Made by a program: the position numbers and the translations under genes. 64,000 bases of DNA, from the sequence record DRR378314_1550. One strand, given 5' to 3'. This document shows, one piece after another, positions 38,057 to 47,432 of this stretch (position 1 is its first letter; each line of letters begins with the position of its first letter). The notes under the pieces are model-generated. The model was given only the letters and a program-made list of their open reading frames with translations. It made no database searches and was not told the origin of the DNA.

Positions 38057-38131
38057 ATTTGTTCGCCCATTCCGGAAAATGATGGTTAAAAACGTTATCA
38101 AGAATGGGCGAAACTGGCAATAAAGAGCCTT

Positions 38132-39313
38132 TTACCCGTCTTTTTTCGACGTAAACTCAGGGTAAGCTTCAACGCCGCAATCGACTTGATCTAAGCCGAT
38201 ATATTCCTGCTCTTTAGTTACACGAATGCCCAATATTAGCTTCAGTATAGCCCAGACAATAAGACTACTGAAAAACACCCAGCAGAAAATGGTACCGACA
38301 CCGGCTAACTGAATAACAAAGCTGGCACCGTCATCGCTGAGCGGCACCACAAGGGTACCGAAAATACCGACCACACCGTGTACCGAAATAGCACCGACCG
38401 GATCGTCAATGTGGAGTTTATCCAGCCCAATAATGGAGAGCACGACAATAAGCCCCGCAATAAAGCCGATAACGCCGGCAAGCCAGGGTTCTGGGGTAAC
38501 AGGTTGTGCGGTAATGGCAACCAGACCGGCTAAGGCACCGTTTAAAATCATCGTTAAATCGGCTTTTTTCCACAACAGCTTAGTAAATAGCAGAGTGGCG
38601 ATAGTGCCAGCTGCGGCCGAGGTATTAGTGTTTACCATGGCACGGGCTATGGCATTGGCGTCGTCAACGGTGCTTAACGCTAACTGTGAACCGCCGTTAA
38701 AACCAAACCAGCCAAACCAGAGAATGAAGGTACCCAGCGCGGCCAGTGGCATATTAGAGCCGGGCAACGCGTTGATACTGCCATCACTCAGGTATTTACC
38801 GGAGCGCGGACCAAGTAAAAGAACCGCGGCAAGTGCCGCTGATGCGCCGGTTAAATGCACAATGCTGGAGCCGGCAAAATCGACAAAGCCCCATTCTGTC
38901 AGCATTCCACCGCCCCAGGTCCATAAGCCCTGTACCGGATAAATGACCGCACTAAGCACGACACAGAACAGCAGAAAGCTCATTAGCTTCATACGCTCGG
39001 CAACGGCACCTGAGACTATCGACATAGCAGTAGCAACGAACACCATCTGAAAAAAGAAATTAGCGTCAGCCGCGTAAGCTGAGGTTGAAGGATCGGGGTA
39101 CATGACTTTGTAGCCGATAACCAGATAAACAATACAGGTGATGGCGTAGAGCACGATGTTTTTGGTCAGAATTTCGGTGGTGTTTTTGCTTCTGACCAGA
39201 CCCGCCTCCAGCATGGAAAAACCAGCCGCCATCCACATAACCAGCGCCCCGGATATGAGTAAGTAAAAGGTGTCTACCGCGAAAGTGAGTTGTTGTAAGT
39301 TTTGTGCTTCCAT
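38132..39313 (-). CDS. amtB: Ammonium transporter
   Basis: GFSMLEAG, SGAVAER, DFAGS..VH, WFGFNGGS, DDPVGA..VHG; start at MEAQ after AAGGAG. Confidence 0.93.
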   Translation of the reverse strand: MEAQNLQQLTFAVDTFYLLISGALVMWMAAGFSMLEAGLVRSKNTTEILTKNIVLYAITCIVYLVIGYKVMYPDPSTSAYAADANFFFQMVFVATAMSIVSGAVAERMKLMSFLLFCVVLSAVIYPVQGLWTWGGGMLTEWGFVDFAGSSIVHLTGASAALAAVLLLGPRSGKYLSDGSINALPGSNMPLAALGTFILWFGWFGFNGGSQLALSTVDDANAIARAMVNTNTSAAAGTIATLLFTKLLWKKADLTMILNGALAGLVAITAQPVTPEPWLAGVIGFIAGLIVVLSIIGLDKLHIDDPVGAISVHGVVGIFGTLVVPLSDDGASFVIQLAGVGTIFCWVFFSSLIVWAILKLILGIRVTKEQEYIGLDQVDCGVEAYPEFTSKKDG

Positions 39314-39323
39314 GATGGGCTCC

Positions 39324-39662
39324 TTAAAGGGCGTCTTGGTCGGTTTCGCCAGTGCGTATGCGAACGCATTGCTCCAGCGGCATAACGAATATTTTTCCGT
39401 CGCCGATATTGCCGGTATGAGCCGCGGCAATGACTACTTCCAGAGCTCGTTCGACGGTTTCGTCGGGAACCGCCAGTTCAATTTTCATTTTGGGCAGGAA
39501 GTCGACTTGATATTCGGCGCCCCGGTACAGTTCGGTATGCCCCTTTTGACGTCCTACTCCCCGGACTTCGGTTACTGTCAGGCCTTTGCAGCCAATTTCA
39601 AACAGCGCTTGCTTCACATCCTCCAGCTTGAAGGGTTTGATTAACGCAACGAGCATTTTCAT
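39324..39662 (-). CDS. glnK: P-II nitrogen regulator
   Basis: GRQKGHTELYRGAEY, TGNIGDGKIF, RIRTGE; adjacent to amt. Confidence 0.95.
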   Translation of the reverse strand: MKMLVALIKPFKLEDVKQALFEIGCKGLTVTEVRGVGRQKGHTELYRGAEYQVDFLPKMKIELAVPDETVERALEVVIAAAHTGNIGDGKIFVMPLEQCVRIRTGETDQDAL

Positions 39663-39703
39663 GGTGCTTTCCTTATTAAAATATTGTTAAGCAACCCTTT
39701 AAC

Positions 39704-39817
39704 TTCACGAAGCGTGCCAGAATTTAACTAGCTGATATTTATGAATAAATAATATTTACGTAATTTTCCTGCACAAAAAACGTGCGCTCCTTCTGTGCAT
39801 TGCACCAAAAGTGCTAT
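39704..39817 (-). promoter_or_regulatory. Sigma-54 promoter with IHF and NtrC-type sites for glnK-amt
   Basis: Minus-strand TGGCACGCTTCGTGAA (39704-39719); IHF-like TATCAGCTAGTTA (39725-39737); TGCAC-N7-GTGCG (39770), TGCGC-N7-GTGCA (39783), TGCACCA half-site (39801). Confidence 0.75.
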
Positions 39818-39883
39818 TGAACCAAAAGGGTACAGGGGAGATACTATTTACCTACAGTAGCGAATGATTAAGGGTGCAGTGGC

Positions 39884-40936
39884 ATGAGAGTTGGCGCGCG
39901 GCAGAGCGATCTTATCGGGCAGACGGATTTACTTCGTATACCGTCGCTGTCTGATTTAACCGGATGCGATATCTTTATTAAATGCGAGTTCCAGAATCCG
40001 GGCGGCTCCATTAAGGATCGCGCGGCTAAGCAACTGATTGATGACGCTATGGAACGCGGCGAGTTAAAGCCGGGTATGACGGTGGTTGAAGGTACCGCCG
40101 GTAATACCGGTATTGGCCTGGCTGTTGTGGCAAAGTCTTACGGCTTGCGTATGTTAGCGGTCATGCCCAATGACCAGACACCGGAGAAAGAGCGCATGAT
40201 CCGCTTGCATGGCGGTGAACTGATGGCGGTTGATCCGGTTCCTTTTAAGAACGAAAACCACTTCTACCATACGGCGCGCCGTTTAGCGGAAGAACGCGAT
40301 GATTGCTGGTGGGCTAACCAATTTGAAAACACCAGTAATGCTCGTGCGCATTACCTTCATACTGGCCCGGAAATATGGGAACAAACCGAAGGGAAAATTG
40401 ACGCTCTGGTGTCTGTGGCTGGAACCGGTGGCACCATTGGTGGTAACTCTCGCTTCTTAAAAGAGCAGAACCCGGAACTGGATGTTTGGGTGGTTGACCC
40501 GGATGGTTCCGGTATCTATGAGTTTTTACGCAGCGGCGAATATGTGTCGAATGGCGGCTCTATGACGGAGGGCATTGGTATTATGCGGCTAGTGGATAAT
40601 TTCCGCCAGGCACGTATTGATCACGCGGTTAATTTGCCCGATCAAGATTTAGTGACTTTGTCACGTTATATCCGAGACGAAGATGGTATTGTTCTGGGGA
40701 GTAGCTCGGCGCTGAACGTGGCTGGTGCGTTGGCCGCAGCTTTACGAAAAGGTCCGGGACACCGCATTGTGACCTTTTCCTGTGACTTGGGTGAACGTTC
40801 GGTGAGTAAGCTGTACAACCCGGAATATTTGCGCGGACGCGGGTTAAACCCTGACCCGGAACCCATTGACGTATTAATGACGCGTTATCGCGAGCTTGGC
40901 GATAAGGTACTAGAGGTTAACTGGAACAATGACTAA
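39884..40936 (+). CDS. Cysteine synthase family PLP enzyme
   Basis: NPGGSIKDR, EGTAGNTG, TGPEIW, GTGGT. Confidence 0.9.
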   Translation: MRVGARQSDLIGQTDLLRIPSLSDLTGCDIFIKCEFQNPGGSIKDRAAKQLIDDAMERGELKPGMTVVEGTAGNTGIGLAVVAKSYGLRMLAVMPNDQTPEKERMIRLHGGELMAVDPVPFKNENHFYHTARRLAEERDDCWWANQFENTSNARAHYLHTGPEIWEQTEGKIDALVSVAGTGGTIGGNSRFLKEQNPELDVWVVDPDGSGIYEFLRSGEYVSNGGSMTEGIGIMRLVDNFRQARIDHAVNLPDQDLVTLSRYIRDEDGIVLGSSSALNVAGALAAALRKGPGHRIVTFSCDLGERSVSKLYNPEYLRGRGLNPDPEPIDVLMTRYRELGDKVLEVNWNND

Positions 40937-41948
40937 ACGTATTTTTGGGTGTTTGTTTTTACTGGTATCAGCAACCGCAGTTCAGGCGCAGGAAGAGACG
41001 CCGGATGCGCCGTTCCATGACCTTCAAGTTCCGCAGTTTCTGGACATTGCGCACCGCGGTGCTTCCGGTTATTTACCCGAGCACACTCAGGCCAGCACCG
41101 TTATGGCTCATGGACTGGGAGCGGACTTCATAGAGCAAGACGTGCAACTGAGCCGTGACAGCGTTCCGGTCGTTCTGCATGATGAAATTCTGGACCATGT
41201 AACCAATGTCTCCGAAGTGTTTCCGGAAAAGCATCGTCCTGATGGCAAATACTATGTAGTCGATTTTTCGCTGGAAGAGCTTAAACAGTTAACTATGGTC
41301 GCCCGGCATAAAGATTATGAGCTGGTTTACCCTAAGCGATTTTCTCACCCCGATGTTCACTTTCCTATACAAACGCTGGATGAGGAAATCAAACTGATTC
41401 AGGAGCTGAATCGCGTTCGGGATATGTCGACAGGCATTTATATCGAGATCAAATCTCCGCGCTGGTATCAGCAGCAAGGGTACGACGCGACGGCGGCAGT
41501 GATGTCTGTCCTGGCTCACAACGGATACCACGACAAACGGCCAACACCGGTTTATCTGCAGTCTTTTGACCCGGAAGTGTTACGTCGCTTAAAGCGTGAA
41601 TTTAACTGGGACTTTCCGTTAATTCAGCTGGTGGGTGACAATGAGTGGGGAGAGACCGATATTGATTACAGCGCCATGCGCACGGGCGCCGGGCTGGAGT
41701 CAGTAAAAAGCTACGCTGAAGGCGTCGGCTTGTGGGTAAACCACGTATTGACCGGAGTGAATGAAAACGGTGAGCCTGAATGGGACAGTGTTTTAAAGTC
41801 AGCGGAAGAGAAAGGCCTGGATGTTCACGTGTATACCTTGCGGGCCGATGACTTACCCGAAGGCGTGGAGTCTCATGCGCAATTACGCCAGTGGTTAAAA
41901 CAAGCTGGCGTAGAGGGCGTATTTACTGACTTTCCGGACAAAAAGTAA
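40929..41948 (+). CDS. glpQ: Periplasmic glycerophosphodiester phosphodiesterase
   Basis: Signal peptide, AHRGASGYLPEHT, EQD, EIK, QSF, FTDFP. Confidence 0.92.
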   Translation: MTKRIFGCLFLLVSATAVQAQEETPDAPFHDLQVPQFLDIAHRGASGYLPEHTQASTVMAHGLGADFIEQDVQLSRDSVPVVLHDEILDHVTNVSEVFPEKHRPDGKYYVVDFSLEELKQLTMVARHKDYELVYPKRFSHPDVHFPIQTLDEEIKLIQELNRVRDMSTGIYIEIKSPRWYQQQGYDATAAVMSVLAHNGYHDKRPTPVYLQSFDPEVLRRLKREFNWDFPLIQLVGDNEWGETDIDYSAMRTGAGLESVKSYAEGVGLWVNHVLTGVNENGEPEWDSVLKSAEEKGLDVHVYTLRADDLPEGVESHAQLRQWLKQAGVEGVFTDFPDKK

Positions 41949-42390
41949 AGCGCATTTTGAAACCGTCGCTGCCGTCATCGTAGTATTCCGGCAGAATATC
42001 GATGGTTTCGAAACCACAGCTTTGATACCAGTGAATAGCGGCCTTGTTGTCGCTTTTCACTTCCAGCGACATGGCATTAGCGCCGGCGGTTTTCGCCGAA
42101 TTCAGCACTTCATTCATAAGCAGATTACCTACCCCTAAACCGCGAAAGCTCTGAGCTACGGCTATTGAGTACAGGCGCCATACTTTGCTGTTACGCCGGG
42201 TAAAGGCAATAGCGTACCCGGCTAAATCGTTACCTGAACGTGCTACCCAGCAATAGTTATGGCTGGATTCAATTACTCGTTTAAAACTGCGACGACTAAT
42301 GCAACTGTAATTAAACGTCGCACGTTCTAAAGAAACTAATTGTTCAAGGTCGTTCTTGTCTGCCCGCTCAATGCGAAACTCAGTATTCAT
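41923..42390 (-). CDS. GNAT (RimI-like) N-acetyltransferase
   Basis: LYSIAV...RGLGVG, LEV..DN..A...Y...GF, YYDDG. Confidence 0.88.
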   Translation of the reverse strand: MNTEFRIERADKNDLEQLVSLERATFNYSCISRRSFKRVIESSHNYCWVARSGNDLAGYAIAFTRRNSKVWRLYSIAVAQSFRGLGVGNLLMNEVLNSAKTAGANAMSLEVKSDNKAAIHWYQSCGFETIDILPEYYDDGSDGFKMRFTFCPESQ

Positions 42391-43840
42391 CCAGGCGTCG
42401 TCCAAAATCAGCCATAATCAGCCGGTACAGCTCGTAACCTAAGTGTTTGTCTTCCACACCAGATTCAATTGACGGGTTGTCATTAATTTCTATAACAACA
42501 GGGCCTTGCGGTGTTTGTTTAATATCTACACCGTACAGGCCGTCACCTATTAAGCGGGTTGCCTGTAATGCCAGTCGCACTACATCTTTAGGTGCCTGAT
42601 GCACGCCTAAAGTAGCGAAAGAACCGCTTTTACCTCGCGAGGACGACTCGCTGTGGTTATAAATTTGCCAATGGTTACGCGCCATAAAGTACTGGCAAGC
42701 GTAAATGGGGCGGTTATTCAGCACACCAATACGCCAGTCGTAGTCAGTTCTCATATACTCTTGTGCCAGCAGTATAGTGGACTGCTTAAAAAGCTCCGTT
42801 GCCACTTTTTTAAACTGGGCTAAGTCTTCTGCTTTTTCCACGCCAATAGAAAATGAGCCGTCAGGAATTTTCAGCACAACCGGATAACCCAAACGTTCGC
42901 CTATTGCTTCGTAGTCGATATCTGATTGGCTCAACAAGAGTTCTGTTTTTGGTGTCGCTACCTTATGTTTATCCAGTAACTCTTTTAAGAACACTTTATT
43001 GGCACATTTAACAATGGAGTCAGGGTGGTCAATTACTACCATACCGTTGGCTTCGGCTTTTTTCGCAAAGTGGTAGGTATAATGATTAATACGGGTGGTT
43101 TCGCGAATGAAAAGCGCATCAAACTCCAACAGACGATTGAAGTCGTTCGCGGTAATCAGCTCAGCTTCAATATCGGCCTCTTTGGCGGCTTTTATAAACA
43201 ATGACAGTGCTTTTTTGTCACTGGTCGGAATGGCCTCGTCCGGATTATACAAAATGGCCAAATCAAAACGGTACTCTTTGCGGGTGCGTGCTTTGCGCCA
43301 CACTCGTTTACTGAAATGATCCAGTGAGTTACCAAAAAAGCTTTGTTGCTCATCAGTTAACTGATTCAACGCACCTGATGTCAGCTTGTTAATATGCCAG
43401 CGACCGTTAAATTCCAGTTCAACTTTTAAAATAGGGCATGGGTAGCGCTCAAATATTTGGCGTGCAAAAGAAGCCAGTTCAGGCTGTTCGCATAAGCCAA
43501 AACAAATCAGTAGCGACAGCGACTTTTCGTCACGATTCTGCAAATATTTAGTGAGTGATCGGTCGGCGGTATTAATCAGTAACTGATAATGGGAAAAGTT
43601 GGTCAGGTCATTAATAGTCGCAACCGACGGCATAACTCTTTGTCCGCGAGCCTCTGCCAGCAGACTAACGTAGTAGCCCGTTGACAGGTAAGATAAGTCG
43701 TTACACAAATTTAGAACATGATAACGACTCTGCAAGTGTGCCGATTGTAAGTATTCACTTGCGGTGAGTAGGCTTTGACTAGGGTAATAAGGCTGCCAGT
43801 CGGCGGCGTTATCTATGATAAGGTGAACGTGTTGCTGCAT
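42380..43840 (-). CDS. RimK-family ATP-grasp ligase with an N-terminal RLAN-like domain
   Basis: NLC..LSYLSTGYYVSLLAEARG, DALFIRETT, KIPDGSFS, DWRIGVL, YGVD, EINDNP. Confidence 0.9.
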   Translation of the reverse strand: MQQHVHLIIDNAADWQPYYPSQSLLTASEYLQSAHLQSRYHVLNLCNDLSYLSTGYYVSLLAEARGQRVMPSVATINDLTNFSHYQLLINTADRSLTKYLQNRDEKSLSLLICFGLCEQPELASFARQIFERYPCPILKVELEFNGRWHINKLTSGALNQLTDEQQSFFGNSLDHFSKRVWRKARTRKEYRFDLAILYNPDEAIPTSDKKALSLFIKAAKEADIEAELITANDFNRLLEFDALFIRETTRINHYTYHFAKKAEANGMVVIDHPDSIVKCANKVFLKELLDKHKVATPKTELLLSQSDIDYEAIGERLGYPVVLKIPDGSFSIGVEKAEDLAQFKKVATELFKQSTILLAQEYMRTDYDWRIGVLNNRPIYACQYFMARNHWQIYNHSESSSRGKSGSFATLGVHQAPKDVVRLALQATRLIGDGLYGVDIKQTPQGPVVIEINDNPSIESGVEDKHLGYELYRLIMADFGRRLDEY

Positions 43841-43983
43841 GTCGTAAAGTACTCAGAAGTCGTTAAAAATAATGTAAGTTATTTGCTTATTATTTGCGTA
43901 ATAAATGCAACTCACACTATATTAGAAAGACGACGGATAACAAGCAGATTTGCTGTTTTATCTTTTTCAAAGGAGTCAGGTGA

Positions 43984-44490
43984 ATGCTGACAATTCTGGC
44001 AAAGCTGTTAAAAGCTTTGAATTCTGAAACCAGCGCCTGGGCACTGGCGTTAGCTGTAGTACTAGGAATGTTTATGGGGATAACCCCGCTATGGCGAATT
44101 CATAACTTAATAATTTTATTGGCGGCATTAATATTCCGCGTAAACCTCAGTCTATTCATTGTGTCTTTTGGTATTTTCTCGGGTATTGCTTACCTGCTGG
44201 ACCCTTGGTTCCACAGTGTCGGTTTGAGCTTATTAGAAGCGTCAGGCTGGCAGGGCATTTATGAAGCACTGTATGCAACTGCCTTAGGACGTCTGTCCAT
44301 GTTTAATCACACCATAACTATGGGCAGCTTTGTTATCGCGTTGATTGCCGCGCCGGTTGTAGCTGCGTTGAGTTACTGGGTTATTGCCAATTACCGTAAA
44401 AGAATTCAGGCTCAAATAATGAAAATGCGCGTGGTGCAGGTTATTCGCGGTAGCCGTTTCTGGCAGATCTATACGGACTTGAGGGGGTGA
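43984..44490 (+). CDS. TIGR03546-family membrane protein
   Basis: LKALNSE...G..P, FRVN, FNHTITMGS. Confidence 0.8.
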   Translation: MLTILAKLLKALNSETSAWALALAVVLGMFMGITPLWRIHNLIILLAALIFRVNLSLFIVSFGIFSGIAYLLDPWFHSVGLSLLEASGWQGIYEALYATALGRLSMFNHTITMGSFVIALIAAPVVAALSYWVIANYRKRIQAQIMKMRVVQVIRGSRFWQIYTDLRG

Positions 44491-46241
44491 GTATGAAGCG
44501 CAGTATCATTCGCTGGCCGGGACTGGCCGTTTTCGCCGGGTTCGTATTGTTGTTGGTCGCTATTTCCTGGTTGTTTCTGGACGCTATTATAAAAGTCACA
44601 TTAGAGCACACGCTGGGAAGACTGAACGGCGCTGAAGTTAATATTGAGCGAGTGGAGCATAGCTGGGTACCTTTATCTCTGACTTTGGCCGGTATCCAGG
44701 TCACCGACCCTAATGCACCGAAAAATAACCGGGTACAGGTTGGTGAAGCTTCAGCGGACATCAGCCCTACAGAAATTGTGCTTGGCCGAACCTTAATTGA
44801 ACAGCTGACTATGACCGGAGTTCGTGTTAATCAGCCACGGGAAGGCGAGGGTGACGTTTATGTCATGCCGGATCAGGAAGACGTGCAGAATTGGGCCAGT
44901 CAGTCCTGGGATAAACTGACCACGTCTTTACCTTCTGTGGACGATATTGTCAGCCAGGTTGATTTGCGTACAGAAACGGTGATTGATGAAGCCAAAGCTG
45001 CCTACGAGCAGCAAGAACAAGAGGTTAAAGCAGCTAGAGAAGCTTTGCCGAGTAAAGACAAAATAAAAGAATACGAAGAGAAAATTAAGCAAATTACCGA
45101 AGGCAAAGTAGAAGGCCTGGCTGATATTGCGGCGAGAAAAGAGGCTTTAGATGAATTAAAAGACTCGATCCGGGCAGACAAAGAGGCGGTCAGCAACTTT
45201 CGTGATGAAGTGAAGCAGGCGAAAGAGGTGGTGCAACAGCAAATAGCCGAACTTAAGAACGCCCCGGGTAACGACATTGACCGAATTAAGTCGTTTTTCA
45301 GTCTGGACGGAAGTGGTTTAGAGAACGTGACTGGTTTGTTATTAGGCGAAAAAGCGCGGGAGTGGAGTAAATACGTACTCCTTGCCTATGAACAGCTGGG
45401 TCCTATGCTGGCGCGTTCGGACAACTCTGCAACGGTAGAGCCGGTGCGTGGCGAGGGGCAGAGAATTTCCTTTGCCGATGACAACGCACCACCGGAGTTT
45501 TTAATTAAAAAGGCGCGCACCGAATTTATGGTTGGCGGTACGGTTATTGATGTCGACTGGCAAAATATTACCCACCAGCATAATTTACTGGGTCAGCCGA
45601 CGACGTATCAGGCTCGGGCCGATAACAGCGACTTGTGGAATGCGTTTAACCTGAATGGCGAATTATCGCTGACTGACCTGGGCATTGATGCGAAGCAGCA
45701 ATGGCAGTTAAAAGGCGCAAAACTGAATAACCTGAAGCTTAGTAATAGCAGCGAACTCAGTGCCAATATTTTATCGTCCATGATGGACAGTGATGGAACC
45801 GTGCTAGTTCGTGAGAATAAACTGGACGGGAAAGCCATGGTACGCATGCTGAATCTTGACTTAGAAGCCGAGGGCAGCAGCAAACTGACTTCTGCGGTTG
45901 CAGGTGCTTTAAAGCAACTACAGCGGTTAGATATTACCACCAACATTGGCGGTGATATTCAACGGCCATCGCTGAGTTTCGAATCCGATTTAGATGACCA
46001 ATTAGGCGATGCGTTGGCTCAATCCGCGATGGGCGAAGCCGACGAAAAACTGGCTGAAATAAAAGCTGATTTGACCGCTAAAGTGTCTGAGCAATTAGGT
46101 GGGCAGCAAGGCCTGCTGGAAAACCTTACTCAATGGGACAATGAGTCTGGTGAACAGAGCAAACAACTGGAAGAGCTGTTAAAAGCCAAAGTTGGAGACA
46201 GTCTTAAAGATAAACTCAAGAGCCGTCTGGGCGGCTCTTGA
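44487..46241 (+). CDS. TIGR03545-family (AsmA-like) protein
   Basis: IRWPGL TM, NGAEVNI, coiled-coil middle, RGEG..I.F, SDLD; pairs with TIGR03546. Confidence 0.8.
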   Translation: MSMKRSIIRWPGLAVFAGFVLLLVAISWLFLDAIIKVTLEHTLGRLNGAEVNIERVEHSWVPLSLTLAGIQVTDPNAPKNNRVQVGEASADISPTEIVLGRTLIEQLTMTGVRVNQPREGEGDVYVMPDQEDVQNWASQSWDKLTTSLPSVDDIVSQVDLRTETVIDEAKAAYEQQEQEVKAAREALPSKDKIKEYEEKIKQITEGKVEGLADIAARKEALDELKDSIRADKEAVSNFRDEVKQAKEVVQQQIAELKNAPGNDIDRIKSFFSLDGSGLENVTGLLLGEKAREWSKYVLLAYEQLGPMLARSDNSATVEPVRGEGQRISFADDNAPPEFLIKKARTEFMVGGTVIDVDWQNITHQHNLLGQPTTYQARADNSDLWNAFNLNGELSLTDLGIDAKQQWQLKGAKLNNLKLSNSSELSANILSSMMDSDGTVLVRENKLDGKAMVRMLNLDLEAEGSSKLTSAVAGALKQLQRLDITTNIGGDIQRPSLSFESDLDDQLGDALAQSAMGEADEKLAEIKADLTAKVSEQLGGQQGLLENLTQWDNESGEQSKQLEELLKAKVGDSLKDKLKSRLGGS

Positions 46242-46253
46242 GTCTCGCTCGGG

Positions 46254-47432
46254 TTACTCTGTCGTTAAAAACTCGCTGAGTAGCCCGGCTTTTTGTTGAA
46301 TAGAAAACAATCCATTTAAGTGTCCCCAGGGACCACTAATTTCTTCGTATTGAACCTCTTTACCCATTTCTCTAAGTTGCTCAGCTGTGTTTTCCGCCAT
46401 ATACGGCATTAACAGCAGGTCGTTACTGGATGGCAAAAACAATGTTTTTGCAGAAATGTTTTTTAATCCATCTTTTAAAGTGTTCTGATGACCGGCAACA
46501 AACAGTTGGTTTGCGCGGACCAGGTAGAGAATATGGTTCGCATCAGCGAGTGGTGCACGAGCCCGGCTCGCACCAAACAGCCATTCAACTGCCGGAAGCT
46601 CAGTGGTGACCGATTCCAGACCTTTGGCTGGTAGCGTTTCCTGTTTAGGTACTGCCTGGTTAATGTATTCCGGATGCATTGCACCCTGAGTGATCATTGC
46701 CTGTGCCAGAGTGACACCTTCGAGCGGTGCATCGCCATCGTAATAGTTGCCGCCGTTCCAGTTGGGGTCTAATTTAATGGCCTGTGCCCATTGTTCCAGC
46801 CCCATAATGGTCCATGCGTCCAGTGATCCTGCTCCAATGACAGACACCATACGTTCAACCCAGTCGGGATAAGCTGCTGCCCATTCAATGGCCTGCAGTG
46901 ATCCCATGGATGCGCCAATCACCGCGTGCAGTTTATTAATGCCTAAATCTTCCAATAATGCCTTTTGTACGTTCACAAAATCTCGAATGGTGACTACCGG
47001 GAAGTCCAGCCCGTAAGGTTTTCCCGTGTCCGGGTTGATACTGGCAGGACCTGTAGTAATAACATTGGGAAGATTAGGGTAGGCGTTGACCAGCGAATCG
47101 ACGCTGATAACGTAGTATTTATCGGTATCAATTGCCTTACCCGAGCCAATAATGGCATCCCAGTAGCCAGCTTGTGGATCATCTTCGCTGTACTTGCCCG
47201 CCGCGTGGCTGTTCCCGGAAAAGAAGTGAGTAATCAGAATAACGTTGTCTTTAGCCTCATTGAGTTTGCCATAGGCTTCCCAACCTACTTTGACGTCTTT
47301 AATTGTTTCTCCTCCATGGGTCGTATAGGAGTCTATCGTAAAGCTCTGTTTTTCAACCCATTGGTCTGCGCTTAGGGGCAAGCTGATGAGCAGCACCGTA
47401 AGGCTTATAAAAGTTGTCCGTAGCCATGTCAT
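46254..47432 (-). CDS. Exported MetX-like (homoserine acetyltransferase fold) esterase
   Basis: Signal peptide, THFFSG, GASMG, DANH, DLL, GH. Confidence 0.85.
   Translation of the reverse strand: MTWLRTTFISLTVLLISLPLSADQWVEKQSFTIDSYTTHGGETIKDVKVGWEAYGKLNEAKDNVILITHFFSGNSHAAGKYSEDDPQAGYWDAIIGSGKAIDTDKYYVISVDSLVNAYPNLPNVITTGPASINPDTGKPYGLDFPVVTIRDFVNVQKALLEDLGINKLHAVIGASMGSLQAIEWAAAYPDWVERMVSVIGAGSLDAWTIMGLEQWAQAIKLDPNWNGGNYYDGDAPLEGVTLAQAMITQGAMHPEYINQAVPKQETLPAKGLESVTTELPAVEWLFGASRARAPLADANHILYLVRANQLFVAGHQNTLKDGLKNISAKTLFLPSSNDLLLMPYMAENTAEQLREMGKEVQYEEISGPWGHLNGLFSIQQKAGLLSEFLTTE

Noticed and set aside
38409-38942. Long antisense or alternate-frame ORFs (for example 38409-38942, 47490-48023, 12349-12858, 18153-18632, 63426-63653)
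   Set aside because: They are shadows of well-supported genes, with no recognisable motifs.
46254-47432. metX homoserine O-acetyltransferase for methionine synthesis
   Set aside because: The signal peptide and catabolic gene context favour an exported esterase.
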